Source of the DNA: Bacillales bacterium UBA7278
GTDB taxonomy: Bacteria; Bacillota_I; Bacilli_A; RFN20; CAG-826
Direction: 5' to 3'
Length of the DNA stretch: 64,000 nucleotides
NCBI GenBank assembly: GCA_002472275.1
Contig: DKRQ01000019.1
Coordinates: 140,279 to 204,278 of the forward strand
The position numbers were made by a program, and so were the translations under genes. Below are positions 9,629-19,700 of this stretch, one piece after another (positions within the stretch are counted from its first letter, which is position 1; each line of letters opens with the position of its first letter). The notes under the pieces are model-generated. The model was not told the origin of the DNA, did no database searches, and worked only from the letters and a program-made list of their open reading frames with translations.

Positions 9629-10254
9629 TCGCCGATTTCGGAACGGATTCTCTGATTGGCCTCTTCGACCGAAAGGAAGCAAGGGGCGCTTTTCATGCCT
9701 TTGGCCTTTTCGCCGAGGATTTGCTTGTAAAAGCGGAAATAGAGGTCGATGACGTTGAGGAAGAGGAGTTCCGCGATTCTGAGTTGGGGGATGTCCTTTT
9801 CCTGTTCGACCAGAAGGTTCACGAGTTCTTCGATGGTGATGAGGGCGAGCTTGCCATAGTCGTCGTTATAGGCGGTCAAGGCATCGGGTTCGGATTCGCC
9901 GACCCATTTGACGTATTCCCTCAAAGGCGAGGTGCCGAGGCTGAAGTCGTCCCCCGACATCGCTAGGCGCATCGAGGTGGCCTTTGCCGAAAGCTTCTTT
10001 CCAGAATAGGAATTGCCCGCGTCTTCGTAGACGAGTTTGGTGATGTCCGCGCCGGCGTTCTCTTTGGCGAATAGGTTATCGAAAAGGAAGGCGGCCGCGC
10101 CGATGATCAGGCGGGATTCCTCCTCGGTGGTTTGGGTGAGTTGCATGTGGAGCCAAGAACGGCAGGTGTAGTCGAATGTGTCCTTCAGCTCTTCGTAGAA
10201 TTCGGATGCTTGTTTCATGGCAACTATTATCCCGTCCTCAAGGAAGTCCGTCAA
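9625..10254 (-). CDS. Hypothetical protein (209 aa, helical, cytoplasmic)
   Basis: ORF only. Convergent with the previous gene, overlapping it by 4 bp. Confidence 0.4.
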   Translation of the reverse strand: MTDFLEDGIIVAMKQASEFYEELKDTFDYTCRSWLHMQLTQTTEEESRLIIGAAAFLFDNLFAKENAGADITKLVYEDAGNSYSGKKLSAKATSMRLAMSGDDFSLGTSPLREYVKWVGESEPDALTAYNDDYGKLALITIEELVNLLVEQEKDIPQLRIAELLFLNVIDLYFRFYKQILGEKAKGMKSAPCFLSVEEANQRIRSEIGD

Positions 10255-10285
10255 AGAAAGGCGAACTTGCTGTATATTTTAAGCG

Positions 10286-10792
10286 ATGAAGTACTTCGTT
10301 TTCTCCGATCTTCATGGCTCTTTATCCGGAATGGAGAGGACTTTTGCGGCGATTTCGAAGGAAAAACCCGATGTGGTGGTTTGCCTAGGCGACATCCTTT
10401 ATGGCGCTTTCGACACGAATCAGGCCAAGGTCATTGAACTATTCAAATCGATCAAAGCGCCTATCATCGCGGTCAAAGGCAACTGCGATTATCCAGGCGA
10501 CGAACACGCGCTTGGCTTCGATTTGCCAGAATACTGGTCCTTCGATATCGGCATGCACACGGTCCATCTTAGCCATCGGCCGAGCTATCTTGCCTTCCCG
10601 CCGGGAGACGCGACTATATGCGGCCACACCCATATCAAAACCCTTTATCGCGAAGGCGGGGTCATCCACGGCAATCCCGGCTCCGTTTCTAGGCCTAGGG
10701 ACGACGGCCCTAGCTATATGATCATCGAGGATGGCGTCTTTTCCCTCGTGGATTTGGATAGCGGGGAAACCCTCCGTTCCTTGACTTGGTGA
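10286..10792 (+). CDS. YfcE/MJ0936-type metallophosphoesterase
   Basis: MKYFVFSDLHGS, GDILY, KGNCD, CGHTH motifs. Confidence 0.8.
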   Translation: MKYFVFSDLHGSLSGMERTFAAISKEKPDVVVCLGDILYGAFDTNQAKVIELFKSIKAPIIAVKGNCDYPGDEHALGFDLPEYWSFDIGMHTVHLSHRPSYLAFPPGDATICGHTHIKTLYREGGVIHGNPGSVSRPRDDGPSYMIIEDGVFSLVDLDSGETLRSLTW

Positions 10793-11305
10793 TCAGGAAT
10801 CGAACGAACCGATTCCGGCTACGAAAGCGCCGCCTCCGAAAACCAAACCCGAAAGCATAAAAACGAAGAATAGGGGGATGGGATAGCCTGCGAATTGTTT
10901 CGCGAGCTCACCCATGCCAACGCAAAGCAAGACGACGCCGGCGACGGCCCAAATGGCCAAAGCGGCGCCCGCGGCGACGAATAACGCGTCATAGATACGA
11001 ACGAGGACGGCGAAGAACCCTTCCATGCGGTAGCCTCTTTTCTTCCGCAAAAAGAAGAACAGCAAGGAAAGCAAGGCAACCGCGGCAAAGCCGACGATAA
11101 CCCAAATGAGGTGTTCGGAGAATAGAAGCTCCATTCCGACTGGCAATTGCTTGCCGGTCAGGAAGCTTTGGTTGTCGTTGATGATCGAACGGGAAATGAG
11201 CCACGGGATCAGCATGACGATCAAGCCAAGGAAAAGAATCCCACCTCCGATCGGCATCAAAATGGCGAATTCCTTTTTCTCCCGGAAGTCATGACGATAA
11301 CGCAT
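10793..11305 (-). CDS. Integral membrane protein (4-5 TM helices), unknown function
   Basis: Hydrophobic segments throughout; no catalytic motif. Confidence 0.5.
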   Translation of the reverse strand: MRYRHDFREKKEFAILMPIGGGILFLGLIVMLIPWLISRSIINDNQSFLTGKQLPVGMELLFSEHLIWVIVGFAAVALLSLLFFFLRKKRGYRMEGFFAVLVRIYDALFVAAGAALAIWAVAGVVLLCVGMGELAKQFAGYPIPLFFVFMLSGLVFGGGAFVAGIGSFDS

Positions 11306-11356
11306 ATCTATTCCCCCTGGTTATGAAAAAGGTAACACAGCGAATTGGCTGTTGCA

Positions 11357-11409
11357 TATATGAAAAACTATTCATATAATAACGGCGGAACATGAATCAG
11401 CGTTCATAT
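11357..11409. promoter_or_regulatory. Two ArsR/SmtB-type operator inverted repeats overlapping the arsR promoter
   Basis: IR1 is TATATGAA-N6-TTCATATA (11357-11378) and overlaps TATAAT (11375-11380). IR2 is ACATGAA-N6-TTCATAT (11390-11409). Both lie immediately upstream of the ArsR-family gene. Confidence 0.6.
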
Positions 11410-11422
11410 AAGGAGACCGTTT

Positions 11423-11719
11423 ATGCCCAATATGCCTTCCGAAGTGATCCTCGACGAAATGGAGAACCTTCTTAACATTGCCTCCGACTTCACGAGGCTC
11501 AAGATCATGTACGCGATTTCCGAACGTGAGAAATCCGTTTCCGACATCGTGGAAGAAGTGGGGGCATCCCAATCCTTGGTCTCCCATCAGCTCAAGGTTT
11601 TGAGAAAAGCGAACCTCGTCTCCACCAGGAAAGAAGGGACCCGCGTCTATTACGCGCTGGCCGACGATCACGTCATCGCCCTTTTGAACGTCGTTTACGA
11701 ACACGTTACCGAGGAGTGA
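11423..11719 (+). CDS. ArsR/SmtB-family metal-responsive repressor
   Basis: Winged HTH LKIMYAISEREKSVSDIVEEVGASQSLVSHQLKVLRKANLV. Its stop overlaps the RBS/start region of the ATPase. Confidence 0.88.
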   Translation: MPNMPSEVILDEMENLLNIASDFTRLKIMYAISEREKSVSDIVEEVGASQSLVSHQLKVLRKANLVSTRKEGTRVYYALADDHVIALLNVVYEHVTEE

Positions 11720-11721
11720 AC

Positions 11722-13686
11722 ATGGGTTGCTGCTGCCACGAAGGACATTGTGAGTGTGAAGAGGAGGAGAAACGCCTCCCCCTTATCATTCGTTGCGCCA
11801 TTTCCCTGGTTTTAGCTTTGCTAGGGAGGTTCCTTTTCTCAGAAGGCAACCTCGTTAGCTGGGGATTAAGCGAAACCGGAGCTTTGCTCGTCAATCTGGG
11901 CATTATGGCCGTGGCTTATCTAGTGGTCGCCTATGACGTCATCGTCGAAGCGGTCAAAGGAATCTTCAAAGAACACGACTTTTTCAATGAAAGAATCCTG
12001 ATGGTCCTAGCTTCCGTCGGGGCTTTCGCCCTGAGGGCGTTTGGCCCTGAGAGCAACGAGTTCCTTGAAGCGGTCCTCATCGTTTTCCTCTATCAAATCG
12101 GGGAGATGCTCGAGGACTATGCTTCGGACAAATCAAGGGATTCGATTCTAGCCTCGATCGACGTCAGGAAAGAGGTGTGCCTCGTTGAAACCCAAGGTGG
12201 GCTAGTAGAAAGAAAGCCCGAGGAACTAAGAATCGGCGACGTCTGCGTCTATGGCGTGGGAAAGAAACTGCTTTGCGATGGCGAGGTCATCGAAGGCGAG
12301 TGTTTGGTGGATGAATCCTCCTTGACGGGCGAGGCCATGCCTGTCGGTAAAAAAGTAGGGGATTCGGTCCGCTCGCTGACCCTAGTCAAAGAGGGTTCCG
12401 TCAAGGTCAAAGTAAGCAAGGAATACGAGGATTCCACCGCAGCCAAGATGCTGGAACTCATCGAGGAGTCAGGTGAGAAAAAGAGCAGGGTAAATCGCTT
12501 CATCGACTCGTTCGCGAAGGTCTATACGCCGATTGTTTTTCTTCTGGCGATACTGGTCTCCGTCTTGCCTCCTCTATTCCTAGGAATCGGGGATTCGGCG
12601 GTCTGGTCCAAATGGGTTTACGTGGGTCTATCCTTCCTCGTCGTTTCCTGCCCCTGCGCGATTGTCATATCGATTCCGTTAGCCTATTTCGCGGGTTTGG
12701 GGCTTGCCTCAAAAAACGGCATTTTGATCAAAGGAGCGGTGCATTTAGACTCGTTAATCTCCGTAAAAACCGCCTGTTTTGATAAAACCGGCACCTTGAC
12801 GACGGGCGATTTCTCTTTGTCGAAAAAGCGTTCTTCCGCGATTTCCGAAGACAGGTTCAACGAGTATCTTTGTGCCTGCGAATCCAGGAGCACGCACCCC
12901 TTAGGCAAGACGATCGTGGCCTCAATCGGCGCACCGTTCGAGGAAGAGAAAATCAGCTCTTATTTCGAGGTCGCGGGATCTGGTGTCCGCACCGTTTACG
13001 ATGGCCACGAACTGAAGGTTGGAAAAGCGGAGTTTTTAGGGGCGACCATCCCTTCAGAATATGTGTCCGAGCAGGGCACGAGCGTGTTCCTTTCCGTCGA
13101 TGGCGAGTGCGTTGGCGCGGTCACCCTCATGGACACGCCTAGAAAAGAAGTCGCCTCGTTCCTAGACAAAGCCAAAGCCCTCCGCATCAAGACCGTTTTG
13201 CTTTCGGGGGACAAGAAGGAAAACGTCTTGGCCCTTGGCGAATCTTTAGGCATTGAAAAGAGCCTCGGCGGACTTTCGCCCAAAGACAAAGTGGACGCCC
13301 TCGAAAAGGAAATCGCCCAAGCCCCGACTTTGTTCATTGGCGATGGCATCAACGACGCCGCCTCGATTCGCTTGGCTGATGTCGGCGTCGCGATGGGAGG
13401 GGTAGGAAGCGATTTGGCCCTTGAATGCGCGGACCTTGTTTTGGTCAATGACGATATCTCCAAGGCCATGACAGCGGTTCAAATCGCCAAAAAGACCAGA
13501 AGGAGGGCGATCTTCAACATCGTTTTCTCCATCGCGGTCAAAGCGGGAATCATGGTCGCTTCCTTAATCGGCGCCCTCACGGCCTCCTTTGCCTTGCCTC
13601 TATGGGTCGCGGCGATCGGCGATACCGGCGTTGCCCTTGTCTGCATCTTGTCCTCGTTCCTGATTGCAAAGGCCAAGATTGAATAG
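11722..13686 (+). CDS. Heavy-metal-translocating P1B-type ATPase (Cd/Zn/Co-type)
   Basis: SCPCAIVIS (CPC), DKTGTLT, GDGINDA. The N-terminus MGCCCHEGHCECEEEE takes the place of a classical HMA domain. ATG 11722 sits 6 nt after GAGGAG. Confidence 0.9.
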   Translation: MGCCCHEGHCECEEEEKRLPLIIRCAISLVLALLGRFLFSEGNLVSWGLSETGALLVNLGIMAVAYLVVAYDVIVEAVKGIFKEHDFFNERILMVLASVGAFALRAFGPESNEFLEAVLIVFLYQIGEMLEDYASDKSRDSILASIDVRKEVCLVETQGGLVERKPEELRIGDVCVYGVGKKLLCDGEVIEGECLVDESSLTGEAMPVGKKVGDSVRSLTLVKEGSVKVKVSKEYEDSTAAKMLELIEESGEKKSRVNRFIDSFAKVYTPIVFLLAILVSVLPPLFLGIGDSAVWSKWVYVGLSFLVVSCPCAIVISIPLAYFAGLGLASKNGILIKGAVHLDSLISVKTACFDKTGTLTTGDFSLSKKRSSAISEDRFNEYLCACESRSTHPLGKTIVASIGAPFEEEKISSYFEVAGSGVRTVYDGHELKVGKAEFLGATIPSEYVSEQGTSVFLSVDGECVGAVTLMDTPRKEVASFLDKAKALRIKTVLLSGDKKENVLALGESLGIEKSLGGLSPKDKVDALEKEIAQAPTLFIGDGINDAASIRLADVGVAMGGVGSDLALECADLVLVNDDISKAMTAVQIAKKTRRRAIFNIVFSIAVKAGIMVASLIGALTASFALPLWVAAIGDTGVALVCILSSFLIAKAKIE

Positions 13687-13726
13687 GCGAAACCGCGGCG
13701 ATTTTTATATGTGCGCACGATTTTTC

Positions 13727-13755
13727 TTGACGTGCCTCTCTCACACGTATATCAT
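13727..13755 (+). promoter_or_regulatory. Sigma-A-type promoter for the rplK-rplA operon
   Basis: TTGACG (13727-13732), 17-bp spacer, TATCAT (13750-13755). About 95 nt of leader precede rplK. Confidence 0.55.
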
Positions 13756-13850
13756 ACGCACTGCGCACATTCAGCGCGATTGCGTGGGAGGACCTTGACG
13801 AGGGTCCGGACGAACCACTGCATGAAACATTCCAAAAAGGAGGAATTTCC

Positions 13851-14261
13851 ATGAGAAAGAAGATTACCAAAGTCGTCAAAATGGAACTCCCGGGCGGCGA
13901 CGCCCATCCGGGACCGAAGCTGGCTTCCGCCGGCGTCAACATGGCCAAATTCTGCACCGACTTCAACGCGAAGACCGGTGACAGGAGGGGCCAAGTCGTT
14001 CCAGTCATCATCACGGCCTATGAGGACAAGTCCTACGACTTCGTCATCAAGACCACCCCGGTTGCTCCGTTGCTTCTAAAGGCCGCGGGCATCGAAAAAG
14101 GATCCGGCAACTCGAAGAAGATCGTTGGACACATCTCTGACGCTCAGCTCACCGAGATCGCCCAGTACAAGCTCCCTGACCTCAACACCGAGGACATCGA
14201 AGCCGCGAAAAAGGTCATCGCCGGTACCTGCAAGCAGATGGGCATCGCCATCGACAAATAA
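13851..14261 (+). CDS. rplK: 50S ribosomal protein L11
   Basis: PGPKLASAGVNMAKFCTDFNAKT and overall L11 sequence. Confidence 0.97.
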   Translation: MRKKITKVVKMELPGGDAHPGPKLASAGVNMAKFCTDFNAKTGDRRGQVVPVIITAYEDKSYDFVIKTTPVAPLLLKAAGIEKGSGNSKKIVGHISDAQLTEIAQYKLPDLNTEDIEAAKKVIAGTCKQMGIAIDK

Positions 14262-14276
14262 GGAGGTTAGCGAATC

Positions 14277-14969
14277 ATGAAAAAAGTTTCCAAGAAATAC
14301 GCGGCCGCCGTTAAGAAAGTCGATGCGACCAAGCTCTACACCCTCGAGGAGGCCGTCTCCCTCGTCAAAGAGACCTCCGTCACCAAGTTCGACGCTTCTG
14401 TTGACATCTCGTTCAACCTCAACGTCAACCCCACCCTCGCCGATCAACTCATCCGCGGCACCATCACCCTTCCCCACGGCAACGGCAAGACCAAGAAGGT
14501 CCTCGTCGTCACCAACACGAAGCTAGATGACGCCAAAGAGTCCGGCGCCGACTTCTTCGGCGGCAAGGACATGCTCGAGAAGATCCAGCGCGAGAACTGG
14601 TTCGACTTCGACATCATCGTCGCCACTCCCGACATGATGGGCGAACTCGGCAAAATGGGCCGTGTCCTCGGCCCCAAAGGCTTGATGCCTAACCCCAAGA
14701 CCGGCACCGTCACCATGGACGTCAAAACCGCCGTCAAGGAAATCAAGGCTGGCAAGGTCGCCTACCGCGTCGACCGCGATGGCAACCTCTCCATGGGCAT
14801 CGGAAGGGTTTCCTTCTCCGAAGCCGACCTACTCGACAATCTCAAGGCCATCACCGACCAGATCGTCAAATCCCGTCCCTCTACCGTCAAGGGCACCTTC
14901 ATCAAGAACGCTGCCATTGCCTCTACCATGGGACCCGCCGTCCACATCACCTTCGCTGGACGCAACTAA
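14277..14969 (+). CDS. rplA: 50S ribosomal protein L1
   Basis: Typical L1 sequence (GTITLPHGNGKTKKVLV, ATPDMMGELGKMGRVLGPKGLMPNPK). Confidence 0.97.
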   Translation: MKKVSKKYAAAVKKVDATKLYTLEEAVSLVKETSVTKFDASVDISFNLNVNPTLADQLIRGTITLPHGNGKTKKVLVVTNTKLDDAKESGADFFGGKDMLEKIQRENWFDFDIIVATPDMMGELGKMGRVLGPKGLMPNPKTGTVTMDVKTAVKEIKAGKVAYRVDRDGNLSMGIGRVSFSEADLLDNLKAITDQIVKSRPSTVKGTFIKNAAIASTMGPAVHITFAGRN

Positions 14970-15110
14970 TCACCATTGGTGAATCGCTTCATATTCCTAA
15001 GATAGCCGGGGGCAAGTGCCTTAATAGATACACCCTGCTGAGGTAACAAACATTCACACTTCACTAGTTATATCGAAGCATCACATATACACAGAAAGGA
15101 GGTACATACC
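14970..15110 (+). promoter_or_regulatory. Probable L10(L12)4 autoregulatory leader upstream of rplJ
   Basis: A 141-nt untranslated gap between rplA and rplJ, at the position of the Firmicute L10 leader. The structure was not verified by folding. Confidence 0.4.
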
Positions 15111-15620
15111 ATGAACCAGCAAGTTCTCGAAGCTAAGAAGGAATTGGTCAAACAGATTGGCGAAAGCATCTCTAAAGCCGGCTCCCTCACGGTCGTCTCC
15201 TACCAAGGTCTCACCGTCGCCGAAACCCAGGAACTCCGCAGGACCCTCGAAAAGGCCGACTCCACGTTCACCGTTTACAAAAACACCCTCGTGCGCCGCG
15301 CTCTTGAAGAAGGCAAGCATCCGGATCTAGGCGAATTGCTCAATGGTGCCAACGGATTCGTCTTCTCCACCGAAGTCTCCGCCGGCCCCAAGGCGCTTGT
15401 CAAATTCGCCCGTACCCACGAAGCCCTCGTCCTCAAAGGCGGTCTCGTGGAAGGCAAGGTCCTCGACGCCCAAGGCATCAAGGACGTGAGCAAGCTCCCG
15501 GACAAAAACGGCCTCATCGCTATGTTCCTATCGTGCCTCAACGCACCCATCACCAAGTTCGCCGCCACCGTCAAGGCCATCGCGGACAAAGCCCCGGCTG
15601 CCCAGCCGGCTGCCAACTGA
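15111..15620 (+). CDS. rplJ: 50S ribosomal protein L10
   Basis: Typical L10 sequence and position. Confidence 0.96.
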   Translation: MNQQVLEAKKELVKQIGESISKAGSLTVVSYQGLTVAETQELRRTLEKADSTFTVYKNTLVRRALEEGKHPDLGELLNGANGFVFSTEVSAGPKALVKFARTHEALVLKGGLVEGKVLDAQGIKDVSKLPDKNGLIAMFLSCLNAPITKFAATVKAIADKAPAAQPAAN

Positions 15621-15641
15621 TCAATTAAGGAGGATCAAACA

Positions 15642-16028
15642 ATGGCTAAACTCACCAACGAAGAGATCATCGCCTCCCTTAAGGAGATGACCATCATCGA
15701 GCTCTCTGAGCTCGTCAAGGCCGTCGAGGCCGAATTCGGCGTCACCGCCGCCGTCGCCGCCGCTGGCCCGGCCGCCGCTCCCGCCGAGGACGAAGCCCCC
15801 GTCGATAAGGGACCCTCTGAAGTCTCCCTCATCCTCAAGGGTCTTGGCACCGGCTCCAAGGTCGCCATCATCAAAGCCGTCCAGGCCATCACCGGCCTTG
15901 GCTTGATGGATGCCAAGAAGCTCGTCGACGCCTGCCCCGCTCCCGTCAAAGAGCACATCAGCCCCGTCGAAGCCGAAGAACACAAGAAGGCTCTCGTCGC
16001 CGCCGGCGCCGAAGTCGAGATCAAGTAA
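15642..16028 (+). CDS. rplL: 50S ribosomal protein L7/L12
   Basis: Ala/Pro hinge plus the C-terminal domain [20 protein letters not shown]...AGAEVEIK. Confidence 0.97.
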   Translation: MAKLTNEEIIASLKEMTIIELSELVKAVEAEFGVTAAVAAAGPAAAPAEDEAPVDKGPSEVSLILKGLGTGSKVAIIKAVQAITGLGLMDAKKLVDACPAPVKEHISPVEAEEHKKALVAAGAEVEIK

Positions 16029-16050
16029 TCTCACTCAAATCGCTTCTCTT

Positions 16051-16085
16051 CCCGCCCTGGGTTTTTCCTGGGGCGGGGTTTGCTC
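16051..16085 (+). terminator. Terminator/attenuator after rplL
   Basis: cccgccc ... gggcggg stem followed by gtttg. Confidence 0.5.
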
Positions 16086-16107
16086 GCTTATAGGAGGGTA
16101 GAAATCC

Positions 16108-16704
16108 ATGGGCCAATACTTCGATAACGACGAGACTTTGCCTCACGAAGACATCGTCTACTCGTTCTCGGTCCTAGGCAAAAACTACACCTTCGTAAGC
16201 GATGCAGGGGTCTTCTCCAAAGATGGCCTCGACGATGGTAGCAGATTGCTGCTTGAAACCATCGCCAAGACCGACCTTGGGAGAAACATACTCGACCTGG
16301 GTTGTGGCATTGGGCCGATTGGCCTCGTGCTCGCCGACGTTGATAGCAGTAGGGAGGTAACTCTCTCCGATGTCAACGAACGCGCCCTGGAATGCTGCAG
16401 GAAAAACGCCTCGAACCTCGGGCTGCAGTCTCGGGTCTCCATCCTACAATCCGATGTTTACGACAACATCACCGCATCCTTCTCCACAATCGTAACCAAT
16501 CCGCCCATTCGCGCGGGAAAGAAGGTTACGTACGCGATGTACGCGGGCGCGGTCAGCCATCTTAATGAAGGTGGCTCGCTGATCCTAGTCATCCGAAAGC
16601 AGCAGGGGGCCGCCTCCTGCCAGGACTACCTAAAGACCCTCTTCCAGAAGGTCGAATGCGTGGCCCAACACAAGGGATATCGCATCCTCATCGCGACAAA
16701 ATAA
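16108..16704 (+). CDS. Class I SAM-dependent rRNA methyltransferase (RsmC/YbxB-like)
   Basis: ILDLGCGIGPIG SAM motif and VTNPPIRAGK. Sits in the ybxB position between rplL and rpoB. Confidence 0.8.
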   Translation: MGQYFDNDETLPHEDIVYSFSVLGKNYTFVSDAGVFSKDGLDDGSRLLLETIAKTDLGRNILDLGCGIGPIGLVLADVDSSREVTLSDVNERALECCRKNASNLGLQSRVSILQSDVYDNITASFSTIVTNPPIRAGKKVTYAMYAGAVSHLNEGGSLILVIRKQQGAASCQDYLKTLFQKVECVAQHKGYRILIATK

Positions 16705-16714
16705 GGAGTCAACC

Positions 16715-19700
16715 ATGCCTCAAGAAGACAATTTCATCCCCATGACCGACTATAAGGATCCTAACGGCAAACCTTATCCTGTTGGCATCAACGGCCGTAT
16801 CGACTTCTCCAAGATCTCCGGCCATCTGGATCTTCCCTACATGATCGAGATCCAAATCGAATCGTATAAGTGGTTCCTCGAAAAAGGCATCGACGAAGTC
16901 CTCCGCGAGGTCTTCCCGATCGCCAACTACTCCCAGACCCTCTTCATCGATTACGTTTCCTGCCGTTTGGAGGAACCAAAATACACTCCTTTGGAGTGTA
17001 AAGAAGGTGACTTGAATTATTCAAGCAAACTCAAGGCCACCCTTCGCCTCCGCTTTAAGAACTCTGGCGAAATCAAGGAAGCCGAGGTCTTCATGGGCGA
17101 TTTGCCCAGAATGACCGACTCCGGCACCTTCATTTTTAACGGTGCAGAAAGGGTCATCGTCTCCCAGATCGTCCGTTCTCCGGGCGCTTACTTCCAAGAC
17201 ACCTTGGATAAGTCCGGCGAGCACATCTATAACGGCGAGATCATCCCCACCCGCGGCACCTGGCTCCAGTTCGAGTCCGACACCAAGCACATCCTCTACG
17301 TCCGCATCGACCGTCAGAGGAAGATGCCCGCGACCACCTTCTTCAAGGCCCTCGGCATTGAATCCGACAAGGTCTTGGTCGATCTTTTCGGCGAACAGGT
17401 CGAATCCACGATCAAGAAGGACGAGGAGAACCTCAACAAGCTCCGCAGCTACATCGAGCAGATCATGCCCGCCCTCAAGAAGGACGAGACCGTCTCCGAT
17501 GGCACCGTCGCCCTCACCGACATCTTCAGGAAACTGAAGCCCGGCGAACCCGTCACCCCCGATGGCATCATCACCTTCCTCGTCCAGAAGTTCTTCGACG
17601 ACAAGAGGTATGACCTCGGCAGGGCCGGCCGTTTCAAATACACCCAGAAGCTTGGCATCTACGATCGTTTGGTCGGCCGCGTCCTCGCGGAAGACTTGGT
17701 CTCCGCCGATGGCGAAATCCGTTTCCAGAAGGACCATGTCCTCTCTAAAGAGGACGTCAAAGCCCTCCGTGACGAGGAATTCTTCGAAGCCGGCGCCCAC
17801 CAGAAGACCATCAAGATCAACTCCAAGCTCGACATGGTCATCGGCGAAGACGGCAAACCCATGCCCTATCCTTGCCGTGTCAACATCGTCAAGGTCTACG
17901 CCAATGACAAGAAGGGCGCCAAGAAGTGCGCGATCGTCGGCAACGACATCAACTGCCCGCTTTCCCGCGTCACCGTGTCCGACATGGTCGCTTGCTTCTC
18001 CTATTTCTGCAACATCATGGACGGCATCGGCCAGACCGACGACATCGACCACCTCGGCAATCGTCGCATCCGCTGCGTCGGCGAGCTTCTCCAGACCCAG
18101 TTCCGCATCGGCCTCACCAAGATGAGCAAGACGGTTCAGCAGAAGATGTCCATCTCCGACCTCGAATCGGTGACCCCGCAGCTTCTGGTCAATACCCGTC
18201 CCCTCACCTCCTCCATCCGCGAGTTCTTCGCGACCAGCCAGCTCTCGCAGTTCATGGACCAGGTGAACCCCCTCGCCGAACTCACCAACAAGCGCCGTAT
18301 CTCCGCGCTAGGCCCCGGCGGTCTAACCCGCGACCGCGCTTCCATGGAAGTCCGCGACGTCCACTATACCCACTATGGCCGTATCTGCCCGATCGAATCT
18401 CCTGAAGGCCAGAACATCGGTCTAATCAACAACCTTTGCACCTACGCGAAGGTGAATCCTTATGGATTCATCATGACCCCGTACCGCCTTGTTTATAACA
18501 TCGGTGGCAAGACCTACGTCTCCGAGACGAGGACCGAATACCTCTCCGCCGACGACGAAAGGGGCCATTACATCGCCGAAGCCAACATCAGCCTTGGCGA
18601 ACCCATCAAGCTTTGCACCCTCGATCCGAAGGCCGACCCCGAGGAGATCGTCAAAGAGGTCCTCGACCGCGAAATCGTCACCCGTCACGATGACGACAAC
18701 GTCATGGTCGCCAAGGAACTCATCGACTATGTCGACGTCTCTCCGAAGCAGGTCGTCTCCATCGCCGCGGCTTGCATTCCCTTCCTCGCCCACGACGACG
18801 CGACCCGTGCTCTTATGGGCGCGAACATGCAACGTCAGGCCCTTCCGCTTCTTCGTCCCTCGATCCCCTATGTCGGCACCGGCATGGAGCAGATCATCGC
18901 CAAGGACTCCGGTTTGGCCGTCGTCGCTTCCGCCGACGGTATCGTCAAGACGGTCGATTCCTCGACCATCACGGTCCGCGAGGGCAAGGACAACCACGTC
19001 TATCACCTGCAGAAGTTCCATCGTTCCAACCAGGGAACCTGCATCAACCACACCCCGATCGTGAAGCCCGGGGACGAAATCAAAGCCGGCCAGATCATCG
19101 CCGACGGTCCCGCCATGCGCAATGGCGAGCTTGCCCTTGGGCAAAACGTCCTCATCGCCTACATGACCTGGAACGGTTATAACTACGAAGACGCCGTCAT
19201 CATGTCCGAGAGGATGGTCAAAGACGACGTGTTCACCTCCATCCACATCGAGAAATACGAGTGCGAATGCCGCGAGACCAAGCTCGGTCCCGAGGAAATC
19301 ACCCGTGATATCCCCAACGTTGGCGAAGACGCCAAGGCCTTCCTCGACGAGAACGGCATCATTGTGCCGGGCGCCGAGGTCAAAGAAGGCGACATCCTCG
19401 TCGGCAAAGTGACCCCGAAGGGCCAGACCGAACCCACCCCTGAGGAGAAACTCCTCATGGCCATCTTCGCCGAAAAGGCGAAAGAGGGTAAGGACAGCTC
19501 CCTCCGCGTCCCCCATGGCGGCGCTGGCATCGTCCACGCGGTCAAGATCTTCTCCCGCAAGAAGAAAGATCCGCTCCCGCCTGGCGTCAACATGGTCATC
19601 CACGTTTACATCGTCCAGAAGAGGAAGATCTCCGAAGGCGACAAGATGTCCGGCCGTCACGGCAACAAGGGCGTCATCTCCAAGATCCTACCGATCGAGG

